DNA of 64,000 nucleotides, taken from the NCBI GenBank assembly GCA_023250195.1, contig JAHFBF010000001.1:273907-337906 (forward strand), in the 5' to 3' direction. This DNA is from Candidatus Melainabacteria bacterium (lineage in GTDB: Bacteria > Cyanobacteriota > Vampirovibrionia > 2-02-FULL-35-15). Shown in pieces: positions 44,184 through 52,702 of this stretch (positions are counted from its first letter, which is position 1; each line of letters opens with the position of its first letter). The notes under the pieces were generated by a model. That model saw only the letters and a program-made list of their open reading frames with translations. It was not told the DNA's origin and made no database searches. Position numbers and translations under genes: made by a program.

Positions 44184-45524
44184 ATGCCACGATCTGTCTT
44201 TGACAAAATTTGGGATTCACACACTGTAGAAGAATTGCCAGGAAATAATTATTTGATCTTTATGGATCAAATTGTTGCACATGAAATTACAACTCCACAG
44301 GGTGCTATGGAAATTGATCAAAATTTTAACGGAAAGCTTTATTCACCAGATAGAATTATTGCCATAAATGATCACGTTGCTCCTGCAAAAGACACTGCCA
44401 CAGCGATTCAGGCAAAGGTATTACGGGATTGGGCAAAGAAACACAGGATAAAAATATTTGATATTGGAGACAATGGAATTTGTCATGTAGTTGCACCTGA
44501 AAGAGGCTATGTACAGCCAGGAATGACGCTTTGCTGCGGCGACAGCCATACCGGTACAAATGGTGCCTTTGGTGTATTTGCATTAGGGATAGGAACCACT
44601 GCACAGGCAGGAGCAATGCTTGCACAATGTTTAATTTTAAACAAACCAAAAACTTTCAGAGTATTAATTGATGGAAAGCTTCCATCATTTGTTTATGCAA
44701 AAGATGTAATTCTGGCAATTATTGGAAAAATATCTTTCCGTGGTGCTACAGGTTATGTTCTTGAATATGCAGGTTCTACCATTGAATCAATGTCAATGGA
44801 AGAAAGAATGACCATGTGCAATATGTCCATTGAAGCAGGTGCTACAAGCGGCATGATAAGTCCTGATCAAGTTACTGCCGATTATTTATGGGGTAAAGAA
44901 GTTATTACAAAAGACAAAAATGAATTTGAAAAATTAAAAATTAAATGGTTAAGTTATGCCAGCGATAAAGCTGTAAAATATGACAAAGAAATTTCTTTAG
45001 ATGCAAATTCATTAAAACCAAAAATCACCTGGGGAACCAATCCTGGTGAAGTTATAGATATTGATGGTGAGATTCCATCTGATGCAGATGAAAGCTCTCT
45101 TGAATACATGGGACTAAAAAAGGGGCAAAAGTTAATGACTCTTCCTATGGATCAGGCTTTTATTGGCTCATGTACAAATTCCAGAATTTCAGATCTTCGT
45201 GAAGCTGCAAAAATATTAAAAGGTAAAAAAGTTTCAATCCCGACAATTATTACTCCAGGTTCACAGGCAGTGAAAAGACAGGCAGAACGTGAAGGACTAC
45301 ATGATATTTTTCAGGATGCCGGTGTACTCTGGACACACTCATCATGTGGACCATGTCTTGGAATGTCTATGGGTGTAGTTGCTCCGGGATCCAGATGTAT
45401 TTCCTCTACAAATAGAAACTTTCCAGGACGTATGGGAACGGGTTCAAGACCACATTTGGCAAGCCCTGCTGTGGTAGCAGCAAGTGCCTTAACCGGAGTA
45501 ATTACCCATCCAAAGGATTTATAA
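44184..45524 (+). CDS. leuC: 3-isopropylmalate dehydratase large subunit (aconitase family)
   Basis: Conserved blocks GICHVVAPE..GMTLCCGDSHT, IGSCTNSR, SCGPCLGM. Confidence 0.8.
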   Translation: MPRSVFDKIWDSHTVEELPGNNYLIFMDQIVAHEITTPQGAMEIDQNFNGKLYSPDRIIAINDHVAPAKDTATAIQAKVLRDWAKKHRIKIFDIGDNGICHVVAPERGYVQPGMTLCCGDSHTGTNGAFGVFALGIGTTAQAGAMLAQCLILNKPKTFRVLIDGKLPSFVYAKDVILAIIGKISFRGATGYVLEYAGSTIESMSMEERMTMCNMSIEAGATSGMISPDQVTADYLWGKEVITKDKNEFEKLKIKWLSYASDKAVKYDKEISLDANSLKPKITWGTNPGEVIDIDGEIPSDADESSLEYMGLKKGQKLMTLPMDQAFIGSCTNSRISDLREAAKILKGKKVSIPTIITPGSQAVKRQAEREGLHDIFQDAGVLWTHSSCGPCLGMSMGVVAPGSRCISSTNRNFPGRMGTGSRPHLASPAVVAASALTGVITHPKDL

Positions 45525-46052
45525 ATGATAATCAAAGGCAAAATCTTACCATTAGACAGAAGTAATATTGACACTGATCAAATTATTCCAGCACGACATC
45601 TTACAGGAATTACAAAGAGCGGCTATGGAGTTTATTTACTTGAAGATGTTCCTCATACTACAATCAACGAGCCAAAATATAAAGACTCAACTGTCTTATT
45701 AACAAGAGAAAACTTCGGCTGCGGTTCTTCCCGCGAACATGCTGTCTGGGCAATTATGGACAGAGGCTTTAAAGTAGTCATTGCCACCAGCTTTGCAAGA
45801 ATCTTTGAGGAAAATTGTTATAACAATGGTTTAGTTCCTATTAAATTAAAACCAGAAGAAATTGAAAAATTGTTTAACCAAAATGAATGTGAAATTGACG
45901 TAATCAATCAAATCGTAAAACTCTCAAATGGTGAAACTCTGAACTTTGATCTTGATCCGCTAAAAAAAGAATTTATATTAAAAGGCGGGTTTTTAAAGTT
46001 TATGGAAGGTAAGATCGACCACGTAAAGACCTGGGAAAAGCAATACAGTTAA
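45525..46052 (+). CDS. leuD: 3-isopropylmalate dehydratase small subunit
   Basis: Directly abuts leuC; ...DTDQIIPARHL...GCGSSREHA... blocks. Confidence 0.8.
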   Translation: MIIKGKILPLDRSNIDTDQIIPARHLTGITKSGYGVYLLEDVPHTTINEPKYKDSTVLLTRENFGCGSSREHAVWAIMDRGFKVVIATSFARIFEENCYNNGLVPIKLKPEEIEKLFNQNECEIDVINQIVKLSNGETLNFDLDPLKKEFILKGGFLKFMEGKIDHVKTWEKQYS

Positions 46053-47680
46053 CGTAAAGGTTCTCTCACAGGAATATCTACAACAATCGGATCATGATCC
46101 GAGATTCTATTGCCAAATGCTCTGTTTACCAGCTGCAAAGTTCTCCCAAAATGAGGAGCAAATACATATGAACCTTCTTTATCTTTCGGATCTTTTAATT
46201 TTAAGGGTTTTACAAAAAACCAGTCCAGTTTATATTTTGCAATTCCAAGATTTCTTTCAAGTTCAAAGGTATGTTTATATCCTTTAAAACTCCGTTCATT
46301 TGAATTCCCTGAAAATGCAGAATAGCCGTATGCCTTTCCTGATATCCCTCTTAAATCAAATGCGCCACCATCATTGAATCTGAATTCTGTCAAAAGATCA
46401 AAAAGTTTTCGTTCTTTATTTGGCAAAATAATAGGAATATTTTTTGTGGTTGGATCTTTAAATTGTTTAAATGCATTTGCTGTATTTAAACCTAACGCCT
46501 GTATAAGGCTAATTGGTGTTAAATATAAAATTGCCTGCTTAGCTACGTATACAGGATCTTTCACTCTTTTCAACACTTCTTTCTTTACTGATACAGGAGT
46601 TGCATCAGCACCGGTTGTATTAAAATCTCCGGCTAAAACAAGAGGATTATTGACATTTCGGAGTCTGTTTAATAAAAATTCAAGCTGCTTATATCTACAT
46701 TCAGGCACACATCTGTTTTCAAGATGTGTTGCAACAACTGTAATTTTATTATTATTTGGAAGTAAAAGATCCGCGACAATTGCCATTCTTCCTCCTTGAC
46801 GTAATTCTGTTAAAACCTTTGAAGAAAAAACCTTTTCAGCAGCTTCTCTTCTTGCAAGCTCAAGGGCTGAAAGCTTATTTGACTCTTCTTCATACCATTT
46901 ATAACAATCAGGAAGCCTTACAATCTTTGCATTTAAAATTGGATATTTTGAAAGTACTGCAGTTCCATGTAACCCTTTAAATCTATTTTTGTCGATATTA
47001 TCCAGCTGCTCCAATGCTTGAGGCTCAAGAAATGTTCTTTCTTCATTTGTAAACTTTTCAATTCCAAGCTGGTAAGGATCTACTTCAATAAATTCTGTTC
47101 CAAAAATAAAACCCATTTTTAATACCGATGCTAATTCTTTTACAATATTCTGATATTTTGTTCTTGGCAATCCTATATCAACTTCATTTAAAATGATTAT
47201 GCTTGTCTCTCTTAGAACTCTTAGCTCTTCCTGCAATGTATCATTATTTTCATCTGATGTAATATTTACTAAAAAGACTTTCTTAATCAAATCAATATTA
47301 AACCCTCTTTCAATATTCCAGCTCGCTACCCTAAAAAAGTCCCCTAACATTCCTTCATTCAAGAAAGTTATTTCACCTACAGACGGCTGCAAAATAATTG
47401 GAGTATTTAATTGTTTTTCAAGCTTCTCTTTAAGCTCTCTAGAAGGATTTGATGTTTTGCTTAATTGAACCAAATTTTGATAATCTAAATAAAACTTTGT
47501 AGTGTCATTCCCACGAAAGCGGGAATCCAGGTTATACTCATCATCGTTATTATGACTGGATTCCCTGGTCAAGTTAGGGAAGGACATGTCACTCTCAGAT
47601 TTTTGACATAATCCACTAAAATAAAAAGATGAGTTTAAAGATATAATAAATAAAATAATGATTAGAAGGATTTTTCTCAT
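46049..47680 (-). CDS. secreted endonuclease/exonuclease/phosphatase (EEP) family protein; N-terminal region carries an in-frame family-C element
   Basis: Signal peptide; C-terminal ...NRISDHDP... EEP motif; 543 aa. Confidence 0.6.
   Translation of the reverse strand: MRKILLIIILFIISLNSSFYFSGLCQKSESDMSFPNLTRESSHNNDDEYNLDSRFRGNDTTKFYLDYQNLVQLSKTSNPSRELKEKLEKQLNTPIILQPSVGEITFLNEGMLGDFFRVASWNIERGFNIDLIKKVFLVNITSDENNDTLQEELRVLRETSIIILNEVDIGLPRTKYQNIVKELASVLKMGFIFGTEFIEVDPYQLGIEKFTNEERTFLEPQALEQLDNIDKNRFKGLHGTAVLSKYPILNAKIVRLPDCYKWYEEESNKLSALELARREAAEKVFSSKVLTELRQGGRMAIVADLLLPNNNKITVVATHLENRCVPECRYKQLEFLLNRLRNVNNPLVLAGDFNTTGADATPVSVKKEVLKRVKDPVYVAKQAILYLTPISLIQALGLNTANAFKQFKDPTTKNIPIILPNKERKLFDLLTEFRFNDGGAFDLRGISGKAYGYSAFSGNSNERSFKGYKHTFELERNLGIAKYKLDWFFVKPLKLKDPKDKEGSYVFAPHFGRTLQLVNRAFGNRISDHDPIVVDIPVREPLR
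47503..47588. repeat. Family-C palindromic element, copy 2, in frame within the 5' part of the EEP gene
   Basis: gtgtcattcccacgaaagcgggaatccag...ctggattccctggtcaagttagggaaggacatg. Encodes ...SDMSFPNLTRESSHNNDDEYNLDSRFRGNDTT... Confidence 0.75.
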
Positions 47681-47698
47681 ATAATAAATGATACAACC

Positions 47699-48832
47699 AT
47701 GACAAAAGATTCAATAACCGCAGTTTATACTGTAAAAAAAGATGAGCGGGATATAAAGAAATTTGCTCAGGCTATAGCAATAGGACAAACTACAGGTACC
47801 TGGAATGAACTTTCAGGTAATTTAAGATTACAAGTTTCAAAACATGTTGCCGAAGTTCTATCAATTGAAGAATCCGAATTTACTTCTATAATTAAAATTG
47901 CATTCCCTATTGAAAATTTTGGTTCAGATCTCGGAGCATTATTAACTGCTATTTATGGGAAAATCAGTCTTGCTCCAAAAATTAAACTTGAAGACATCGA
48001 ATTTTCACAAAAATATTTACAGATGTTTAAAGGACCAAAATATGGTATTAGCGGAATCAGAGAACTTGTCGGCAAGGATAGAAGTCCGCTCTTAATGAGC
48101 ATATTCAAGCCCTGTTTAGGACTTAGTCCTGGTGAGCTTGGGACTATGTTTTATTCACAGGCAGAAGCTGGTTTTGATCTTGTAAAAGATGATGAGATTT
48201 TATATAACAGTGATTTTAATTTAACCTTAAAAAGACTTGAAGCATGCCTGCAGGCAAAAGAAAAAGCAAATGCCAGGACAATTTACGCAATAAATCTTAC
48301 AGGAGAAGTAACTGAAATTTTGAATCATGCAATTCAATTAGAAAAAAACGGAGCAAATTGTATTTTATTTAATTATGTTTCTTATGGATTGCCGCTTCTT
48401 GCAGCACTTAGAAAGACTATTTCAATTCCGATTATGGCTCATCCTGCATTTGCAGGGGCTATGTGCATGAGCAGCAATTCAGGACTAAGTGAAAAACTGC
48501 TTCTTGGCAGTTTGCCAAGGATTGCCGGTGCTGATTTTGTTTTATTTCCAAGTCCATATGGATCACTTGCATGGGACAAAGATGTTACAAAAGACATTCA
48601 AGACAAATTAACCAGGTCACTTTCAAATATCAAATCTTCTTGGCCTGTACCGTCTGCAGGTGTTAAAACAAGCATGATAAAAGAAATGGTTCTAGACTTT
48701 GGAGAAGATATTGTGATAAATGCCGGAACTGCTGTCTGGGAGCATAAAAATGGCGGACTTAACGGTGCTAAAGAGTTTATTAAAGAGATTGAAAATTTAA
48801 ACATAAAAGAAGTGGTTCAAAGTTCAAATTAA
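47699..48832 (+). CDS. mtnW: RuBisCO-like protein (form IV), MtnW-type 2,3-diketo-5-methylthiopentyl-1-phosphate enolase candidate
   Basis: RuBisCO large-subunit active-site block GFDLVKDDE; immediately followed by mtnX- and mtnB-like genes. Confidence 0.65.
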   Translation: MTKDSITAVYTVKKDERDIKKFAQAIAIGQTTGTWNELSGNLRLQVSKHVAEVLSIEESEFTSIIKIAFPIENFGSDLGALLTAIYGKISLAPKIKLEDIEFSQKYLQMFKGPKYGISGIRELVGKDRSPLLMSIFKPCLGLSPGELGTMFYSQAEAGFDLVKDDEILYNSDFNLTLKRLEACLQAKEKANARTIYAINLTGEVTEILNHAIQLEKNGANCILFNYVSYGLPLLAALRKTISIPIMAHPAFAGAMCMSSNSGLSEKLLLGSLPRIAGADFVLFPSPYGSLAWDKDVTKDIQDKLTRSLSNIKSSWPVPSAGVKTSMIKEMVLDFGEDIVINAGTAVWEHKNGGLNGAKEFIKEIENLNIKEVVQSSN

Positions 48833-48834
48833 TT

Positions 48835-49512
48835 ATGAGTAGACTCAAAACTCCGATAATTTTTTCTGATTTCGACGGCACTATTACAGAACATGATGTA
48901 ATTATATCAATCATGGAAAAGTTTGCTCCTCCAGAATGGATAGAATTAAAAGACAAAATTTTATATAAAAGAACCGTTACTTTAAAAGACGGTGTAGAAA
49001 AGCTTTTCAGTTTAATTGAAAGTAGTAAAAAAAATGAAATCGTAAATTATATAAAGGAAAATACAAGACTAAGGAAAGGCTTTGAAGATTTTTTAAGCTT
49101 TTGCAAAAACAAACAGATTGAATTCAATGTGCTTAGTGGAGGGCTTGATTTTCATATTGAGCCTATATTAGAAAGTTTTAAAGATAAATTAAAAATCTTC
49201 TGTAATAAAGCAAATTTCAATTCAGACAGAATAAAAATAGATTATAAGTATCTGCCTATAAACTGTACTTCCTGTGGCGACTGTGGTTTCTGTAAAATTG
49301 AGGTTATAGAACAATTCACAAAAGAAAAGTTTACAAGAATATTAATAGGTGACAGTCTTACAGACTTATCTCCTTCAAAAGTAGCAGATGTCGTATTTGC
49401 AAGAGGTGATTTGATAAAATATTTAGAACAAGAGAATATTTCTTATATTCCTTTTTCAAACTTTCATGAGGTAAAAGAAAAATTAGTACAAAAACTATCA
49501 ATAAAGATTTAA
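48835..49512 (+). CDS. mtnX: HAD phosphatase, MtnX-like (2-hydroxy-3-keto-5-methylthiopentenyl-1-phosphate phosphatase)
   Basis: FSDFDGTIT (DxDxT); size and context. Confidence 0.55.
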   Translation: MSRLKTPIIFSDFDGTITEHDVIISIMEKFAPPEWIELKDKILYKRTVTLKDGVEKLFSLIESSKKNEIVNYIKENTRLRKGFEDFLSFCKNKQIEFNVLSGGLDFHIEPILESFKDKLKIFCNKANFNSDRIKIDYKYLPINCTSCGDCGFCKIEVIEQFTKEKFTRILIGDSLTDLSPSKVADVVFARGDLIKYLEQENISYIPFSNFHEVKEKLVQKLSIKI

Positions 49513-49574
49513 AACTACAGCAAGCAAAAACCGACTTAATAAAAGTCAGTAAAAGCTTTTATCATCGCGGCTGG

Positions 49575-50108
49575 ATGCTTGGTACTTCGGGAAATCTTTC
49601 TGTCTTAATTGAAGAAAATCCAATTCAATTTTTAATTACTGCAAGTGGAAAAGATAAAGGAGAACTTACTGAAGATGATTTTATTTTAGTAGATGAGTTT
49701 GGAGTCATTGCGAGGAGTGACGTGAATACGTTAAAACCATCAGCTGAAACTCTTTTACACAGCACTATTTATAAACATACAAATGCAAAAGCTGTTTTTC
49801 ATGTTCATACTGCAAATAACACACTATTATCTATGAAATCACAGGATAAAATCATTTTTTCAGATCTTGAAATGCTAAAAGGACTGGGCTTCAAAACACA
49901 TGATGTGAAAATAGAAATTCCAATAATTGAAAATAATCAGGATATGAAATATCTATCCACCATTGCACCAAGTTATATTAGTGAAGAAATACCAGGACTT
50001 ATTTTAAAAGGACATGGAATTTATGCCTGGGGGAAGACCCCTCAAGAAGCTAAAAAGCATATAGAAATATTTGAGTTTCTTTTTGAATATAGAATTAAGG
50101 AACTGTAA
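49575..50108 (+). CDS. mtnB: class II aldolase/adducin family protein, MtnB-like (methylthioribulose-1-phosphate dehydratase)
   Basis: TSGNLSV and HVHT motifs; conserved-looking residues continue in frame upstream of the first ATG (see findings). Confidence 0.6.
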   Translation: MLGTSGNLSVLIEENPIQFLITASGKDKGELTEDDFILVDEFGVIARSDVNTLKPSAETLLHSTIYKHTNAKAVFHVHTANNTLLSMKSQDKIIFSDLEMLKGLGFKTHDVKIEIPIIENNQDMKYLSTIAPSYISEEIPGLILKGHGIYAWGKTPQEAKKHIEIFEFLFEYRIKEL

Positions 50109-50150
50109 ATAAAATTTTAAATTAATATATCTTCCTTCTAGTTTAAGTCT

Positions 50151-50411
50151 TTATTCAGCAGTTTTTTCTTCAGTTTCTAGGCGCTTTCTTAGCCGTTCTT
50201 GTAATCTTTCCATAACTTCTGGAGGAATTGGTTCTACTTCTGGCTGTAACCATGCTCCTGCTAATCTTATTGCCCCTCTTAATTCATCTGCTTGTCTTTC
50301 TTCTTTTGTTCTCTTATCATCATTATTACCATTAACCTCACCACTATCTCCACCTCCAGTTACCGTACTGTTCATTTTAAGAGATTTAATTCCACCTAAG
50401 TGTATACGCAT
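50151..50411 (-). CDS. hypothetical small protein (orphan, GC-richer, charged C-terminal helix)
   Basis: 86-aa ORF; the weakest of the orphan set. Confidence 0.25.
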   Translation of the reverse strand: MRIHLGGIKSLKMNSTVTGGGDSGEVNGNNDDKRTKEERQADELRGAIRLAGAWLQPEVEPIPPEVMERLQERLRKRLETEEKTAE

Positions 50412-50519
50412 AATAAGCCCCCTGTTTTTGTATATCTATCCCTATGTTAGCCAGTAAATTACAATAATTCAATTCTCAAATCTAAAAATAAACTAAAGAT
50501 TGAAAGTAAATTTATTTAA

Positions 50520-51029
50520 TTAAGAAATGCTAGTAGTAGTGTTCACATGCATCTCATAAATAGCTTCCCATTTGGGATTTTCTTTAAAGACTCGAATACA
50601 ACAAATATTTTTTTTATCAGTTAAATCAAACCAATGTCTTGTATCAGCTGGTACAACCAGTAGGTCTCCAGGTTCTACATAAACTTCAAAAGGTGGATCA
50701 GTAAGCGGATTTATTCCAAATATCCCTTCACCTTCCACTGTAAATCTAACTTCATCATCCGAATGATGATGTTCTTTTATAAATGCACTTAGCATTTTGT
50801 CGAGATTTTGAGTATTCGAACTCATCGCACAGACATCTGCTGATGCATATCCAAATTTCTTTTTTAATTTTTCAATCTGATTTTTATATTTTACAAGTGG
50901 ATCTGAAATAGAACTGTCTGTGACTTCCGGCTGCCAGAAGTCAGCATATAAGCCATACTTTGAGAGAAAGGTTTTTGCTTCATTTTTATCAGTTATCGTT
51001 TTTGTATTAATCTTTATCTTCATATACAA
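50520..51029 (-). CDS. mtnD: acireductone dioxygenase (cupin), MtnD-like
   Basis: ...EHHHSDDEVRFTVEGEGIFG... His/Glu metal-ligand cupin motifs. Confidence 0.6.
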   Translation of the reverse strand: MYMKIKINTKTITDKNEAKTFLSKYGLYADFWQPEVTDSSISDPLVKYKNQIEKLKKKFGYASADVCAMSSNTQNLDKMLSAFIKEHHHSDDEVRFTVEGEGIFGINPLTDPPFEVYVEPGDLLVVPADTRHWFDLTDKKNICCIRVFKENPKWEAIYEMHVNTTTSIS

Positions 51030-51042
51030 ACCCTATTTTATC

Positions 51043-52062
51043 CTATTCCGCATGCATATTAATATTTCTCGTCATTCTGGATAAATTATTAAATAAATTA
51101 CCACCAAATGAGGCAGCTATTAACTGAATAGTCCAATCAACTGTCTGCCCTCTTAAATCTTTACGTTCTAGTCTCGGAGCCACTTCCATAATTTCAAAAC
51201 CAGCCAATCTATCAGTCAGTCTTATTCTTTTATTTATAGCTCTGGCAAGCACAAGCCCCTCTCTAAGATTTAACTGGCTGTCACCACTTGTACCAGTACC
51301 TGTAACATTCATTGAATCTATATCCCAGGCTATATATACGTACTTAACTCTTTTCAAAAGATAATTTAGAGCTTCATCAACAATCTTATTTATCCCCCTA
51401 CTATCAATATCTTCCATTAAATACCATTTTGTATTTGGTTTAATATAACTTTTTTCACCAATTGCAATCTGAACAAAATTTTCCGGTTTTACTTTCGGCA
51501 ACTTTTTATTTTTCCCTATCATTAATAATTTTTGAAAATCAGGGTGTGAATCATAGTTTTTATTTGCAATAGCTACTGCAACAGGCATTCCATGTGCTCT
51601 CCACGATGGTGTATTTTTAGGAGAATGTGCATCAAAATGACGATCTATCCATAAAACCCCTGTAGTGGCAGGTTTTAAACCTGCCACTACACCAGAAATT
51701 GTCCCAATAGCAAGGCTATGATCACCACCTATTGTTAGCGGAATAGAAGCATTTTTAATTTCTCTTGAAACGGTTTTTGAAAGCCACTCATTAACCTTAA
51801 TTATTGATTCTATATTTTTAATTCTATTTTTTTTGTTTGTTGATTTATTAGTAGAAACATAAGTCATTAAGTCTTTATCGGGTTTAATGATTTTCACATT
51901 GAACCCTAATTCAATTAAATCATCTGAAAGACCATTGGACATCAACGCTTTAGGACCATCTTTAGCAGCATCATTTGGTCCACCAATGGAAAAAGGTGCA
52001 AGAATTATTGAAATGTTACGTTTTCTATTTCTATTTGCCATTATCTTTTCACAAAAGACCAT
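51043..52062 (-). CDS. ureohydrolase family protein (agmatinase/arginase-like) with a partly non-canonical metal-site motif
   Basis: GGDHS, DAHSP (canonical DAHxD), DIDSMNVTGTGTSG blocks. Confidence 0.55.
   Translation of the reverse strand: MVFCEKIMANRNRKRNISIILAPFSIGGPNDAAKDGPKALMSNGLSDDLIELGFNVKIIKPDKDLMTYVSTNKSTNKKNRIKNIESIIKVNEWLSKTVSREIKNASIPLTIGGDHSLAIGTISGVVAGLKPATTGVLWIDRHFDAHSPKNTPSWRAHGMPVAVAIANKNYDSHPDFQKLLMIGKNKKLPKVKPENFVQIAIGEKSYIKPNTKWYLMEDIDSRGINKIVDEALNYLLKRVKYVYIAWDIDSMNVTGTGTSGDSQLNLREGLVLARAINKRIRLTDRLAGFEIMEVAPRLERKDLRGQTVDWTIQLIAASFGGNLFNNLSRMTRNINMHAE
51662..51690. repeat. Family-P-like palindrome (gtagtggcagg-ttttaaa-cctgccactac) inside the ureohydrolase coding sequence
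   Basis: 11-bp perfect arms; arm sequence resembles GTAGGTGCAGG of the recF and nadE copies. Confidence 0.6.
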
Positions 52063-52625
52063 TCAAGCTTTCTGAGAATATATTTCCACCTGGGCTCAAT
52101 ATCTGCTGTTAGCGCTCTAACCAAAATTGTTTTAAACCCAAACCTCTGACCAAGCCATGTATCAGTTAAAGGACGATCGCCTATTACTGCAATTTTATCA
52201 TTTTGTAATTTTAAAATTTCAAGGGCTTCGTGAACCCCAAATGACCAGGGCTTTTTTGCAAATCCAATTACCGGGAGATCCAAAACCTGTTTCACTGCTT
52301 CCAGATAAAATGCTTTTTTATTGTTTGTAAGCACTACTATCTTAAAATTTTTTTTCATCAGCTCCATCCATGGCTGTACATGTGGCTCCAATCTAGCACT
52401 TTTCGGTGCCATTATTGTATTATCCAGATCAAGGATTAAGCCTTCTACAGCAAGATTCTTAAGATCTTTAAGTGATACTTTCGTTACATCACCATCATAG
52501 ATTAAAGTAGGTTTTAGAAATGGAAACATTTGGTTTAATTTATACTCTAACTCTTTTGATAGATTTATGCCTAATTGATTATAATTCAATCTGATTAGAA
52601 TTGTTATTCTATCTAACAAATTCAC
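52041..52625 (-). CDS. HAD-IIIA phosphatase (YqeG-like)
   Basis: ILDLDNTI DxDxT motif. Confidence 0.5.
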   Translation of the reverse strand: MNLLDRITILIRLNYNQLGINLSKELEYKLNQMFPFLKPTLIYDGDVTKVSLKDLKNLAVEGLILDLDNTIMAPKSARLEPHVQPWMELMKKNFKIVVLTNNKKAFYLEAVKQVLDLPVIGFAKKPWSFGVHEALEILKLQNDKIAVIGDRPLTDTWLGQRFGFKTILVRALTADIEPRWKYILRKLEWSFVKR

Positions 52626-52633
52626 AAATTAGA

Positions 52634-52668
52634 GGCTTTGTCCAATTTACTTGGCAAAGCCGATCAAG
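52634..52668. repeat. Family-B fragment, inverted orientation, in a divergent promoter region
   Basis: Reverse complement cttgatcggctttgccaagtaaattggacaaagcc resembles 12637-12669. Confidence 0.5.
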
Positions 52669-52702
52669 CGTAAGATAAGATCGAAGGAAGCGCAAACTTG
52701 TT

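Noticed and set aside
47589-47698. Looked for a SAM riboswitch or T-box leader upstream of the mtnW-X-B cluster.
   Set aside because: The region is occupied by the family-C element and AT-rich spacer. No riboswitch consensus segments were seen.
49704-49722. Fragment resembling the family-A terminus (gtcattgcgaggagtgacg) inside mtnB.
   Set aside because: Only about 19 nt with no partner arm. It encodes an unremarkable ...VIARSDV... stretch. Likely chance or a very old remnant.
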